Assembly: GCA_030167865.1 (NCBI GenBank)
Contig: JALAGF010003606.1
Location: 62,001 to 105,216 of the forward strand
Direction: 5' to 3'
From: Craspedostauros australis
Lineage: Eukaryota
DNA: 43,216 nucleotides
Part shown: one piece after another, positions 10,272-21,700 of the stretch
Numbering within the stretch: position 1 is the first letter of the stretch
Layout: every line of letters starts with the position of its first letter
Notes under the pieces: model-generated
Database searches by the model: none
Told to the model about the DNA's origin: nothing
The model's input: the letters and a program-made list of their open reading frames with translations, nothing else
Translations under genes and position numbers: made by a program

Positions 10272-11937
10272 GCGGTCCTGTCCACTCTCTACTGCGCACG
10301 GGAGTACGGGCGCAACACCTCCTGATGCGATTATTGTTCACTTGGAATTTTGTTCTGGTCTTCCTCAGAGGATTCATCCCACAGGGCGCTTCCAATCGCC
10401 TTGCCAAAGAATTGAGAGAACCAACGATGATGCCAAGTGCTGTTGCTGATGGCGATGTTGACAATGATGATGCCATCAACATGGTTCCCGACGCCTGCGT
10501 CCTTGGTTGGCCACAAAACTTGACCCCACACGCAAGGATTTGGCGCTTTTTGTGGACGCATCAGTTGGCATCGAGAGAGGTCTCAGCATGCATGACTCAA
10601 ATTGCGTGGAAGAAATGGCCAACCAAAAAGGAGCGCGTTTGTCGACAACGGTCGTATTGGTCATATTCCATAGATGGCGCGGTCCGTCCATCACCAGATA
10701 GCCAAACCAAAGATCCAAATCATCTTCGTCGTGACTGGCACAAAACCACGCAGTCTTGTTTGACCCAGGTCCTGTTTTCACCATGTGCTTTGTGTCTCGC
10801 GCGTAGGAAATGTACTGCGTCTCTACGTGTTTCATTTGGCGACCCCACCAAGACAAGACAACAAACAACAACACGAAGAGGGAGAAGGGAGAACACGCAT
10901 GTGTGCAATAACACACGAGCATCGGTGGCAGCAAAAAATCACGACCGACACGGAGCCCTTGTTGCGTGCTGTTTCGCGTTGTGGGGGAATTGCGCGGAAA
11001 AACAACGTAGAAAAACGGCACCACCCACCAACGACGGCGCGCACTCACACAACGGCATCGAAGATCAGCACCCACCATCGCAGAGGACATCAGCGCCATC
11101 GTGAGCATCGATTGCTTTGGGAAAACAGGGAAGGTACGTCGTTGATGCATCACGATTTTGCATGTGGAGGAAAGAAAATGGTGATTGTGAGGAAACAAGG
11201 TATCCGGCCCATTCACGAAACATTGAATCAGCATCGCAACTCGTGATTTGTGTGTTTTGGGCTTGATCCCGCAACGATGGAGGGATTGGGAATGGAGCGG
11301 CCATGCAGGACAGGAACGGATCATGGGAGAGGAGGGCGAAAGAGGGAGGCAACAGGTCCATGGTGGGACCGAAAGAGGCGACCATGACGGCAAAGAGTCT
11401 TGGGTTGGGACGAGTCACGATGATGGCCAACCCTCTCACACACGGGAGGAACGAAGAGAACAACAACGTCACAGTGTGGTGCGAACGGAACGAAACCCAT
11501 GGGTGTGTGTCTCTGTGCCGTTCGCCTTGTGCCCACAATGATGATGTTGTCTTGGGTCCATTTGGATGTGACGGACATCATCATCGTAATCCTGACTGAA
11601 GGACGGCGAACGCCATGGTCGTGCACCGTTTCACCATGACATCTGCCCCAACTTCAAATTGAGCCCATCTCACTTCGCCACTATATTCGTACGGCATGGC
11701 ACCATACTGCTCCACCTTCTTTCTGTGTCTCCACCATGCATGAATTCAACGGGGATGGACATGATCCGCTTGCGGTTACTCGTACCATACATCCAATGGC
11801 AAACGCATCCTTGAACGATACCAATGGCCGTCGCGTTCCTGCATGCCCGGATCCACGCTCAATCTCGCACTCATTCGATGATGGCAGCATCATAATCCGA
11901 GTCGGTTGAGACCTTGTCATCAATCGCGTTTACAACA

Positions 11938-14900
11938 ATGGCAGAAGACACTCCGGCAGCCGCACCAGCAGTGGCACCAGAAACCGTACCCACTGCACCC
12001 GCTCCAGCTCCAGAACAGGTCGCGGTACCCGTCGCAGCACCAGCGATGACACCAGTGCAACCAACCGTAGTTGCAGCTGTGGCTGCACCAACGACGGCCC
12101 CGCCACTCGTCGTCGCACAAGCGTCCCTTGCTTCACCTGCGCCAGCATCAGTCATGGTCGCAGCTGTCCCACAAGCAGTGCATACGCCGCCCGCGCCGGT
12201 GACGATCCAAGCCACGCCAGTCGCGGCCGCGTCGGTTATGGCATCAGTCGTTGCGCCAGCACCCGCGGTCGCCATCGCCTCACCGGCACAAGCACCAGTG
12301 CCAGTACCGGAACAGCCAGAAACGCAACCACCCATGCCGTCTGGCATAGACGGAGGCCAATCGTCACTCGCAGCAGCTGTGGCAGCAGCAACAGCAGCCA
12401 CAACTCAACCACCGCCAACAGTTGCACCACCACCAGCCCAACAGCAACCAATGCAAGTTGTGCAACCAGTGCAGACCGCCCCAGTTCCGGCAGCTGTCGT
12501 CGTTGCACCACCAGCTGTGCCAACAGCCGTCCCCGCGGTATCAGCACTGCCAGTACCCGCCCCAGCAGTTGCGGCAGCCGCGCCAGTCCCAGTGGCAGCA
12601 CTGCCAATGCAGACGCACGCACCTGTTCCAACCATGGTCGCTCAAGCTGCAGCCCCCTTGCCGGTAACAACGCAGATGCAGACGCAACCATCTGTGGCGC
12701 ATGTCGCACCTGCAACAGCACCAGCAGAGCCGGCTTCAGGGGTGCCCATGGATACCTCACCAGCGACGGTCGCCGTGCGAGATCGCGATCTGCTGCTTCT
12801 GCAGGCCGACGATATCGACATCGTCAACACGGCACACCATGCCAACATGCTCTTGGAGGATCTGGTCAACCTCCACGCCCTCCTTCGTCCAGACCGTTCG
12901 GCGGTCCCAGCAGTTATTATCAGCAAGGATGCACCGGTAGTTCAGGAAATCACGGAACGAATCTTCCAACTCTTCAACACAGGAAAACGCTACCAGCTTG
13001 CGGGCCTCAAGGACGTGCCGAAATCCTTCTTGAAGGGACAAGGGTACTTTTACAAGCCTAGGCCTGGGTCCACCGTGAACGCGGCTGATCCATCACAAAC
13101 ACTGGAGTACGTGCCGGCATCGGAGGCCGAGACCCGAGATTACATTGCGCAAAGGATCGTCACGCGCTTCGCCAGACCTCCGCAGCTGTCGCTTACAACG
13201 GATCCAAATTCCGCGCTCCTGGCAGCGGAGACGGAACAGTCCATCGCCGTCGTCCACCAGCGCAGGGTCAAAGAGGATGCCAATACAGGAGAATCGCACG
13301 TCAAGATCGATGCCAACGCAGTCGCAGCATCGGGAGGAGTCGGACAGCCTGATAGCGATGCCAAGGCAGCTGCTGTGGCAATGATCAGCGGGGGAGCCGC
13401 GGCGGCGGCGGCAGCCGCAGGACAGCCACCCCTCGATGTTGTGGCAGCCGCCGAAGCGGCCGCGGCGGCTGTGGCCGCACCCGGGGCATCAGGACTTGGT
13501 GGCCCGGTCGACGATGCCGTCCACCCCTCTCCGCGTGCATTCGATGTCGTCTTCCTCCCACAGGAGTATGTCGTCGACGATTCCCTTCCTTACGACCATC
13601 AAAGCGGCAACAAGCACCTTCTGTTCTTGGCATCCCGGTTCGTCTCTGGTGAGTCCACCACCTCCATGAGACGCGTGCCGGCAGCGCTGCGTCTCGTCAC
13701 CAACCAAGTCGAAGTCTCCACTGGAAACACGGTGACGACAAACATCCCACGATACATCGTGCAGCACATCGACCACGACCCTCACCCCACCAAGTGGCAC
13801 GAGATGCCAATCCTGGAGCTGACCGAATACGCCGTCATCTTCGCCTTCGAAGTGTTCCTCGAAAAGCAGATTCACTTCGTGATCACACCGCACACCAACA
13901 CCGCGTTGCCCATGGAGCCAATCATTCGACCACCGTCGGAGGTGCCCATCGAAACGCCGACCGTTCAAGATGTCCTCTTCGGACGCGGTGGAATGACCAA
14001 CGCGCACCCTGGTAACAGACGCTTCCGCGACATCATCGCGTTGCACCGACCTGACTACATCCGAGCCACCAAGATGGACAAGCCCAACGTCGCAAGGCGC
14101 ATCGTCCGCGCTATCCGCCAAGGCGATCCACCCGGCAGGTTCATGAAGAAGGGCGATAAGGACAAGTGGTACGACGTGGGCGATCGATGCGCCGCTGAGA
14201 AGACATCGCAAGGTCTGAGAGAACGTTCCAACGCGGAGAAGCGACAGCGCTCTGCCCTCCGCGAAGCCCTGCGCATCCGACGCGAGGATGTATCCCTATC
14301 GAAGGAGCCCGAGGCGAAGGTACGCAAGTTAACCACCTCCATCATCACAGGGCCTGACACTTCCGCCACCATTCTGCCTGGATACCACGAGGCGATGAAT
14401 CCTGTGAACTACGCCGGGTCCATCCCGCTGTCTCTCAACATGAGCGATCAACGGCAGAGAGGTATGATGATCAAGAAGAAGGACTCTATTGTTGGTACCC
14501 AACCAGACGTTTCGCAGGAGGCACTGCCGCCAAACGCATGCGATGCCGAAGGTAACATCCTCGTCACTGACTACGATATCCTATGCGGAAGAGGCGGCCT
14601 CACGAACCACCACAAGGGCAACAAGCGCTTCCGAGACATCGTCGCCTTGCACCGTCCCGATTACGTACGTGCCCCCAAGATTCAGAAGCCGTCAGTGGCC
14701 CGTGTCATCGTGCGTGCCATTCGCAACGGCGATCCGCCGGGTCGGTTCCTGAAGAAGAATGACGACACTGGCAAGTGGTACGACATCGGCGACAAGCGAG
14801 CAGCAGAAAAGACCAGCCAAGCATTGCGCGAGAAGGCGATCGATGAGAGGAACGCCCGTGCCAACACAGCCTCCGCCGCCCTGATCAATCCGACGCTGCT

Positions 14901-15336
14901 GGCCGGAACCGTTCCCAGAGACATGGCGGCCACCACAGTGGCTGCTGCGGCCGAAGCAGCCGTGCAGGCATCGCAGCATATGAAGCCTCACGTGCCCCAA
15001 ATGATGGCAGCTCCAGCCGCGCCGCCTGTGGCCACCGCCACTGCGCATCCCACAAGTGCGCCTGCAACTGCAACTGACGTGGCCGTCGCAGCAGCCGCGT
15101 CTGCAGTGGCAACCGAAGTAGCAACAGCAGCTGCTGCCGCAGCCGCTGCGGCGGCGGTCGTGAACATGGACACGACGACTGCCACGCCAACGGCCAAGAC
15201 CGAGACACCAGTGGCGACGGCCATCAGGGTGCAGGGCAGCGTGCCGACGGGTACGATCGTCGGCACTACGACCACGGGGGTCAGCAATGGCGGTCATGTC
15301 GCCACTGCAACACCACCGGAGACAGCCGAGATTTAA
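11938..15336 (+). CDS. Ala/Pro-rich protein with tandem DUF6824 domains
   Basis: Two canonical DUF6824 copies (DVLFGRGG...HPGNRRFR...GRF.K...WYDVGD..A.EKTSQ.LRE at 13957-14223; DILCGRGG...H.GNKRFR...KTSQALRE at 14563-14832) between A/P/V/T-rich termini. ATG at 11938. Confidence 0.9.
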   Translation: MAEDTPAAAPAVAPETVPTAPAPAPEQVAVPVAAPAMTPVQPTVVAAVAAPTTAPPLVVAQASLASPAPASVMVAAVPQAVHTPPAPVTIQATPVAAASVMASVVAPAPAVAIASPAQAPVPVPEQPETQPPMPSGIDGGQSSLAAAVAAATAATTQPPPTVAPPPAQQQPMQVVQPVQTAPVPAAVVVAPPAVPTAVPAVSALPVPAPAVAAAAPVPVAALPMQTHAPVPTMVAQAAAPLPVTTQMQTQPSVAHVAPATAPAEPASGVPMDTSPATVAVRDRDLLLLQADDIDIVNTAHHANMLLEDLVNLHALLRPDRSAVPAVIISKDAPVVQEITERIFQLFNTGKRYQLAGLKDVPKSFLKGQGYFYKPRPGSTVNAADPSQTLEYVPASEAETRDYIAQRIVTRFARPPQLSLTTDPNSALLAAETEQSIAVVHQRRVKEDANTGESHVKIDANAVAASGGVGQPDSDAKAAAVAMISGGAAAAAAAAGQPPLDVVAAAEAAAAAVAAPGASGLGGPVDDAVHPSPRAFDVVFLPQEYVVDDSLPYDHQSGNKHLLFLASRFVSGESTTSMRRVPAALRLVTNQVEVSTGNTVTTNIPRYIVQHIDHDPHPTKWHEMPILELTEYAVIFAFEVFLEKQIHFVITPHTNTALPMEPIIRPPSEVPIETPTVQDVLFGRGGMTNAHPGNRRFRDIIALHRPDYIRATKMDKPNVARRIVRAIRQGDPPGRFMKKGDKDKWYDVGDRCAAEKTSQGLRERSNAEKRQRSALREALRIRREDVSLSKEPEAKVRKLTTSIITGPDTSATILPGYHEAMNPVNYAGSIPLSLNMSDQRQRGMMIKKKDSIVGTQPDVSQEALPPNACDAEGNILVTDYDILCGRGGLTNHHKGNKRFRDIVALHRPDYVRAPKIQKPSVARVIVRAIRNGDPPGRFLKKNDDTGKWYDIGDKRAAEKTSQALREKAIDERNARANTASAALINPTLLAGTVPRDMAATTVAAAAEAAVQASQHMKPHVPQMMAAPAAPPVATATAHPTSAPATATDVAVAAAASAVATEVATAAAAAAAAAAVVNMDTTTATPTAKTETPVATAIRVQGSVPTGTIVGTTTTGVSNGGHVATATPPETAEI

Positions 15337-15554
15337 GTCCAGCACGGTGCAGTGCAGTGGACTGCTGTGTTCTGGCAGAGAAAGCTAGAATATGTGCACT
15401 CTAGTCGCCTCTGGGGATGGGTTTGCAAAGCTCAAATCATTATGTTAGGAGCTGCAGACTCGTAGTTGCGTGGCATAAATATACGGATACACGAGCACTC
15501 TAGTATAGAACTTATTATATGAACACACGATGACAGACCGATTCCTGATAGAAT

Positions 15555-15574
15555 GTTTGTTTGTTTGTTTGTTT
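15555..15574. repeat. Microsatellite (GTTT)x5
   Basis: Directly visible, between converging 3' ends. Confidence 0.9.
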
Positions 15575-15582
15575 AACTCCTG

Positions 15583-17394
15583 TTATCCCATCGTACGTAC
15601 GTCCTGTCGTTTGTCGTCGAATGGTCTTGGCCGAACAACCGTTCCTTGATGCAAGGCAGGAGGACCCCGGTGGTTGATGACGGACATGATTGCCCCGTGA
15701 TTATCCAGGCGCACTGTGAATGGATTCACCACGTGGACTCCTGGCGTGTCGGGACACTCGATAGCTGTCGTAACCTTCATCTCTTGGTTGCGGAAGTTCG
15801 AGTAGACGCCAGGAGCATGCAGTTCATGATCTTTCACGTTTGGCGAAACGAAGTACCCTCGAAAGTTCTGCTTTGCGTATTCGTCGTCTGCGTCGTAGGG
15901 CAGCTCACTCTGGTAGAAATGAACACGACCGCGCTCGCCGTTCCACACCGTCTGATGGCCATTCGCGTGCTCCACCGCCAGACCGTAGATCGTGACGTCG
16001 TCTCCGTTCACCTCAAGGCCCGTCCGCACCCTCGCCTCTGTCGCTTCATTCTGCCAGAACACCGGTGAGATGTTTGGATAGTTGGCCCGTTCTCCCGCAG
16101 CAAGTGCGGAATGATCGGCGCGCCACAGCCAGATGTTGTCGCCCACGACGTTGCCGGAATGCAACCTCATCATGGTGTCGATGGACACTGCCGCACGGTC
16201 GGAAGCTCCGCCACCCACTCTGCAAAATACATCGAACAGCCCGCCTGGATTGTTCGCATCGCCTGCGTCCTGAACGCCCGCGTTGCCCCACTCCAGAAGA
16301 GCACCGTCGCCATACGCTCGTGACGCCGCTTCCCGAGGCGATGCCTCCAGCATGATGCCAGCGATGCGAACACCTTGCAAATGCGGCTTCACATGGATGC
16401 AGGCGCTGCCGTCAGATGGATTGACAAGCGTCGCCAAGCCGAGGCCCAGCAGAACCGTGTTGCTGCGCGTGACTTCGATTGTGCGCCGCAGGCAGCAGAT
16501 GCCCGGACAAAAGACGACATCCTTGCCGCAACGCATCGCCGCTTCGATTGTACCATCGATGTCATCATCACATGGTGCGACGACGCAAACGTGCTCAAAG
16601 TCTCTCTTGTTCAGTTCGTCGTCACTCCAAATGGCACCCGACAACGACGCCTGCTTCCTGGTGGCCGTTGGCACGCACAGATCGAAGCGTCTGCCATCGT
16701 TCTGAAGGGCGACGAAAGGCTTCTCCATGCGGACGTGCGGTACCGTGATGGTCCTGGAGGCACCGCCATCGATGCAAGATGACGCGACGTTGCCCGAACA
16801 CCCCGCAAACACCAGACTCCACGCACCGCCGTCGACGCCCTGCGTTCCGAAACGAACGTTGCGACACAGATACTGCTGCTGGCCACCCATCCAGGTCCGA
16901 CCATCGATGCGTGCCGATGCCAAATGTCCGCCACTCGCGTAGGCGGCGCCATCGTGCAGATGCAGATCCCCTTGCACATGCACACGGCGCAATGGAGCGG
17001 CCTGACTCACGGCCCATTGCAGATTTCCGTGCGTCGTGAAGTTCTCCGCGGCGCGCCAGAACGTATCCAAGCTCTGACCGTGCGGTGCATGGATGTGCTT
17101 GTCGAGGGCCGGCACGAACGGACCCGTGGTGAAGCGCACGTCGTGCGGCGATGTGCCAAGTCCAGCGACCTGCACGTAATAGCCGACTTCGAAGTTGAGG
17201 GTATGGTACGTGCCGGGCGCAAAGAGGAGGGCCCATCGTTGATCGGAGAAGTGATGGGCCGTTGTGTAGCAGCCGTGCTGGACGTCGAATGGATCCTGCG
17301 TCTGCTCGATGGCTGCCATGATCTCGTCGCCATCCTGATCGGGATGGAAGATCTTGACGCTGCTGGGCCATCGTGGTGGATTCGGTTCCGTCAT
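15583..17394 (-). CDS. GH55 exo-beta-1,3-glucanase (laminarinase), bacterial type
   Basis: ALLFAPGTY..VGYY.QVAGLG, FWRAAEN, WAVSQAAPLRRVHV.G.L, ASGG, QQQY..RN, VLLGLGLATL, DNIWLWRADH, GLAVEH, WNGERGR..FYQSELPYD, recalled from actinobacterial GH55 enzymes such as SacteLam55A. Intronless. Confidence 0.85.
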   Translation of the reverse strand: MTEPNPPRWPSSVKIFHPDQDGDEIMAAIEQTQDPFDVQHGCYTTAHHFSDQRWALLFAPGTYHTLNFEVGYYVQVAGLGTSPHDVRFTTGPFVPALDKHIHAPHGQSLDTFWRAAENFTTHGNLQWAVSQAAPLRRVHVQGDLHLHDGAAYASGGHLASARIDGRTWMGGQQQYLCRNVRFGTQGVDGGAWSLVFAGCSGNVASSCIDGGASRTITVPHVRMEKPFVALQNDGRRFDLCVPTATRKQASLSGAIWSDDELNKRDFEHVCVVAPCDDDIDGTIEAAMRCGKDVVFCPGICCLRRTIEVTRSNTVLLGLGLATLVNPSDGSACIHVKPHLQGVRIAGIMLEASPREAASRAYGDGALLEWGNAGVQDAGDANNPGGLFDVFCRVGGGASDRAAVSIDTMMRLHSGNVVGDNIWLWRADHSALAAGERANYPNISPVFWQNEATEARVRTGLEVNGDDVTIYGLAVEHANGHQTVWNGERGRVHFYQSELPYDADDEYAKQNFRGYFVSPNVKDHELHAPGVYSNFRNQEMKVTTAIECPDTPGVHVVNPFTVRLDNHGAIMSVINHRGPPALHQGTVVRPRPFDDKRQDVRTMG

Positions 17395-18420
17395 GGTCTC
17401 TGATGCCGTCTTGTCTATCAGATCTTGCTATGTGAAGTTGGTAGAATACGCTATTTGGTTTGTGCTGGAGGTATCCACGTGCCGTTCCAAATGTATTATT
17501 CTAGAATGTATTCTATGTGATGCCATTTCACACACGGGAAGTTGTTTGTTGGCATTCACACAGATGGGCTTCGACTAGTCGTTGTGCACACGAGGAGATG
17601 GTTGTGCAGTCGCACCATCCAGCCTACCTACTGTAGTCGTAGTCGTACGTACCAGCATCCATCCGTTCACGGCATGTCAGCTGCCCAATCTGCATGCAAT
17701 GAGACGACACCGATTGCGACCACAAGAAGGACCTCTCTCCTTGTCGTTTTCGCGACAGTGAGAGTCTTGGTGGTAGTGGTATCACGGTAGGTACAATGGT
17801 CGTGCTATCCACGACAACCATGATCATCATGTTCCTCATGTTCATCAACAGCCCTCCTTCAGAAGATCTCTCTTCCCCCTGCTTCCGCTCTTGACGACTT
17901 GGCGCCAAAACGAATTGATGTCTTCTGTGTGAAACACGATTGGAGAGGTTGATTTTTCTCGAATGCGTGACGCGTGAAGAATCACAGTTGACTCGAACGA
18001 TTCAAATCATATCGTTTCGGGTGGCTGCCGACTTGTCGTGCAAACACGCGCATGGTTCATGTGTGTTGAATTTTTGGTGAAGCCACGAACTGTCACAATG
18101 AGCAACAGTCTGTCTAATTAAGTCATGCAACGACTCATTTGAGACATTGGTGAGACAAGTACCATCTATGAAGAAAGCCGTTCCGCCACCAACGACCACC
18201 GAACTCGACGAAAATGTGAAAAATGATGCCGAGCACATGCAGCCTCACAAACCAACAGACATGCGGAAGCTGACGAGGCGAGATGACGGCTGCCGGCGAA
18301 CATCACACAAGCCAGGTGCCTGGCACAACACCTATTTGAACGATGACGGTCTATCTTCACGAACCTGGTTTCTTGCTTGCTTGCTTTCTTGCTTGCTTGC
18401 TTTCTCGCTTGGTCGGTTGT

Positions 18421-18440
18421 TTGGTTTGGTTTGGTTTGGT
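18421..18440. repeat. Microsatellite (TTGGT)x4
   Basis: Directly visible; preceded by TTGC runs. Confidence 0.85.
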
Positions 18441-18672
18441 TTGATTGCCCTGTCTATCACAGTGGTGAAGTGCGACAGAGCGTGACAGAGATCATCGGTA
18501 TGATCCCATGCTCCATCTGAGAGTGAACAACCCAAAAGCAGCTTCCGCAACACGAGTAAACGGGTTCGTGGCAATCGCGTTCAGGTAGGAGAATAATATA
18601 ATCGTCAAGTGCTGCGGAACCAACAACAGGCAATGCCAACATCAGGCTGCAGGAGGATCCAGCCACACAGTG

Positions 18673-18699
18673 TCAGTATCAGTATCAGTATCAGTATCA
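18673..18699. repeat. Hexamer repeat (TCAGTA)x4.5 in the leader of the LRR gene
   Basis: Directly visible; explains the SVSVSV extension in the ORF track. Confidence 0.85.
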
Positions 18700-18720
18700 A
18701 TAGCAATAGGCGCCATCAAG

Positions 18721-21700
18721 ATGAACGCAAGGGAAGGACGCAGTGATTCGTGGACGGGACGGACGGTGGATCCGACAGGAAGGACAGTGACGAGCCCGCA
18801 CTTCGGAGCAGGAGACCGTCCTGATCCTCAAGGCCAAGCGCCTGCGTTTCGCGGATGGCGCCATGCTCCGCGTGGTGGATCGCTCCACAATCCCGGTTCC
18901 GTCCACTCTTCCAGCAGCGGCAGCAACGACAGCGGCAGGCACAGCGTTCCCAGTCTCGGCTTCAACCGTGCGAGCAGCAACGATCGCGATCAGCTGGGGA
19001 CGCAGGACGGCTTTGTCTTCAACAAGACACCCGTCAAGCCCGGCTTCGTCACCAACTTCCTGCGTGCGCCCAACACAACGATGGTCTCGTCGCTCTTCTG
19101 CGGTCTCTCCTTGCCTGCCGAGAATGGCGAGAATGGCGAGAATGATGACAGCACAAGTCCATCGCGTGCATGGCAAGCCAACCCACCCTCATTCAAGTAC
19201 GGCCAATCGGCTCGCGCCATTCGATCGTCTCGGTCGCAGGCTTCGACGGCGTCCACCGCATCGACGGGAGCATCGACGATCCTGTCGTCTTCCACCGCGG
19301 CCAGTCCAGCGCGGGAGGACTCCCCCCACAGTTCGTCGGCCGGCAGCCCGCTCCGCCCCAAGTTTCCCTACGATGAGAATGATGAAACGAACGACAGCTT
19401 CGAAATGAAGAAGGATGATGGCAACGTACGATCTGCGTCTGCCACTGTCAACGACGGATCAGTCTTCCATCCCAGGATTCTGCCTGCACAAGAGAGCCGC
19501 GACCACACACTCGGCATCCTTCCCAACCCGTACGCGGCAAAGCCTGCAACCTTGTCGGCCACGAACATGGGTCACAACGGCATCATGGACGACGACGACG
19601 ACGCCTCGCAGGCCACGACCGAATCCGCGACGCGCAAGAGCATCTTCAGCTCCGTCATGCTCGATGCCATGGATACCAGCGACGACTACGATGCGGCCAC
19701 CTACGGTCTCATCCAGCAGTACAGCCGCGTCAAACAGGAACCGCCCAAGAAGCGCAATCCGGTTGCCGATTTTTGCGGATTTCTCAATCATCAGAAGGAG
19801 GCTCCGCCACCGGTCGATTGCAACAACCTCAGCTTGTTGCATATATTGTCGCCGCCGGTGAAGCAAACAGCGTCCAAGCAACCAACTGTGGTCGCTGCGA
19901 CGCCGACGCCTGTGCAGGAACCAGCAATGACGCCACAACCAGACGCGGTAACATCTGCTCGACAGCGATCGACGACGCCTGTCCAAACCCCCATGCCAAC
20001 TCCAGTGCCAACTCCAGTGCCAACCCCGGAAGCATCGCCAGCGCAAAGTCCGAAGGCATCGCTGAGACGCATCGCAGTTTCGGAACCAGCGCCCACACCA
20101 ACGCCATCTCCAACCCCGACTCCACCACCAGCTCCAACTCCAACACAGATGCTGGAACGATCGCCATCTCCCGCGCGCATACCGATGCCGCTTTCAATCC
20201 GGGCACCGGAAATCACCACAACATCCACGCCCATGCCAGTGACACCGCGAGCACCAACACCGGCACCGCTCACGCCACTGCCAGGACCGGCTGCGTCGAA
20301 TCAAACGGGCTTCCTCACACTCTTTGATTCCGTCATGGCCGGCGCCAGCACACCGACCATCGAAAGGGATGACGCAGAGGTCGACAATCACTCCGTCCCG
20401 TCCTTGTACCGCCCGCGTGAATTGGAGAGCAACAGCGCGCCGCTCGTTCTCGATATGTATCAGCAGGAACAGCCGCAGTTGACACGTGACTGGCATCAAG
20501 CAAACTCCGCATCCGCCGAGCAACCAAACGTCTTGGGTGACGTCGACAACAGCATCGCGAACTACCACACCATGCACCTGCTGGGCGGCGACACCAGCAG
20601 CTCCGTGGGACCCAGCGCAGGTTGGGACGACACGGAGGCGCCGACATCCAACCAGCTCGCGGACCACGACAGCAACGAGAATTCAAATGACGAATCCGAG
20701 CGCATGATGCTGGCCATGTTCGCCAACGAGGATGGAACGGAAGCGCAGATCCAATCGCGCAACGATTCATTCGCGCAGCCGCGGTCGCCCACGCGACAGC
20801 GTCCGAACAACGAGTCGTCGGAACCAACGCAGAGCAGCTACCGCAAGCTCGTCGGCGACACGAGCCGAGCGGCATGCTTCTGCATCATGTTCACGATCTG
20901 CCTCCTGCTTGTCATACTGATCATGGTCATCCTGCACTTCTCCGGCACCGACGTGGGTTTTGGTGGATCCGACAACGACAGTCGCGCAGCGAGCGATGCT
21001 CAAGATCCCATCATCACGCAGTTCCCGTCGCACGCACCGTCGCACGTACCGTCGCTCGTTCCGTCGGTCGCTCCCTCCGTATCACCGACCGATTCACAGA
21101 CTCCCAGCTTTTCTCCTTCCGTGCGCAACGATCCCACGTTGGAGTTCTTCATGAGCCATCTTCCAACGTCAACCCGCACCGCCATCGACAACGACCCATC
21201 CTCACCGCAAGCATCTGCATTCGATTGGCTGCAGAACGATCCCAGTTTGCTGGATCTGTCGTTCGATCGTCGTATGCAGCGGTTCGTCCTTACCTTGCTC
21301 TACTTGTCGACCGAGGGTGAAACGTCATGGAAGAACAACGCGAACTGGACATCCTACGAGTCGCACGAATGCACGTGGTTCCAATCCCCGCCATCAACGC
21401 AACCAGTTTGCGCCCAGAACGGCACCTTGATCACGCTGGCGCTGGATGACAACAACTTGCGAGGAGACATACCTTTGGAGCTGTCCAAGATGACGTCGTT
21501 GCAATACGTCAGTTTGGCCAGCAACGGTTTGATGGGTCCAATCCCATCCGACCTTGGACTGCTTACCGATTTGCAGCATCTGAGCCTGTCCCAAAACACT
21601 CTTGAGCAAATGATTCCGACTGCGATTGGAAATGTGCGGCAGCTCACGCATCTCAATCTGCTGTCCTGCGCGCTGACAGGTCCAGTTCCAACCGAAATCG

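Noticed and set aside
9781-11626. Overlapping ORFs 9781..10449, 10103..11104, 10476..11393 and neighbours
   Set aside because: No domain signal; antisense to the hypothetical gene or consistent with UTR/promoter sequence.
17498-17515. Heat-shock element upstream of GH55 (TTCTAGAA..TTC)
   Set aside because: Only two correctly spaced nGAAn units; such dimers occur by chance.
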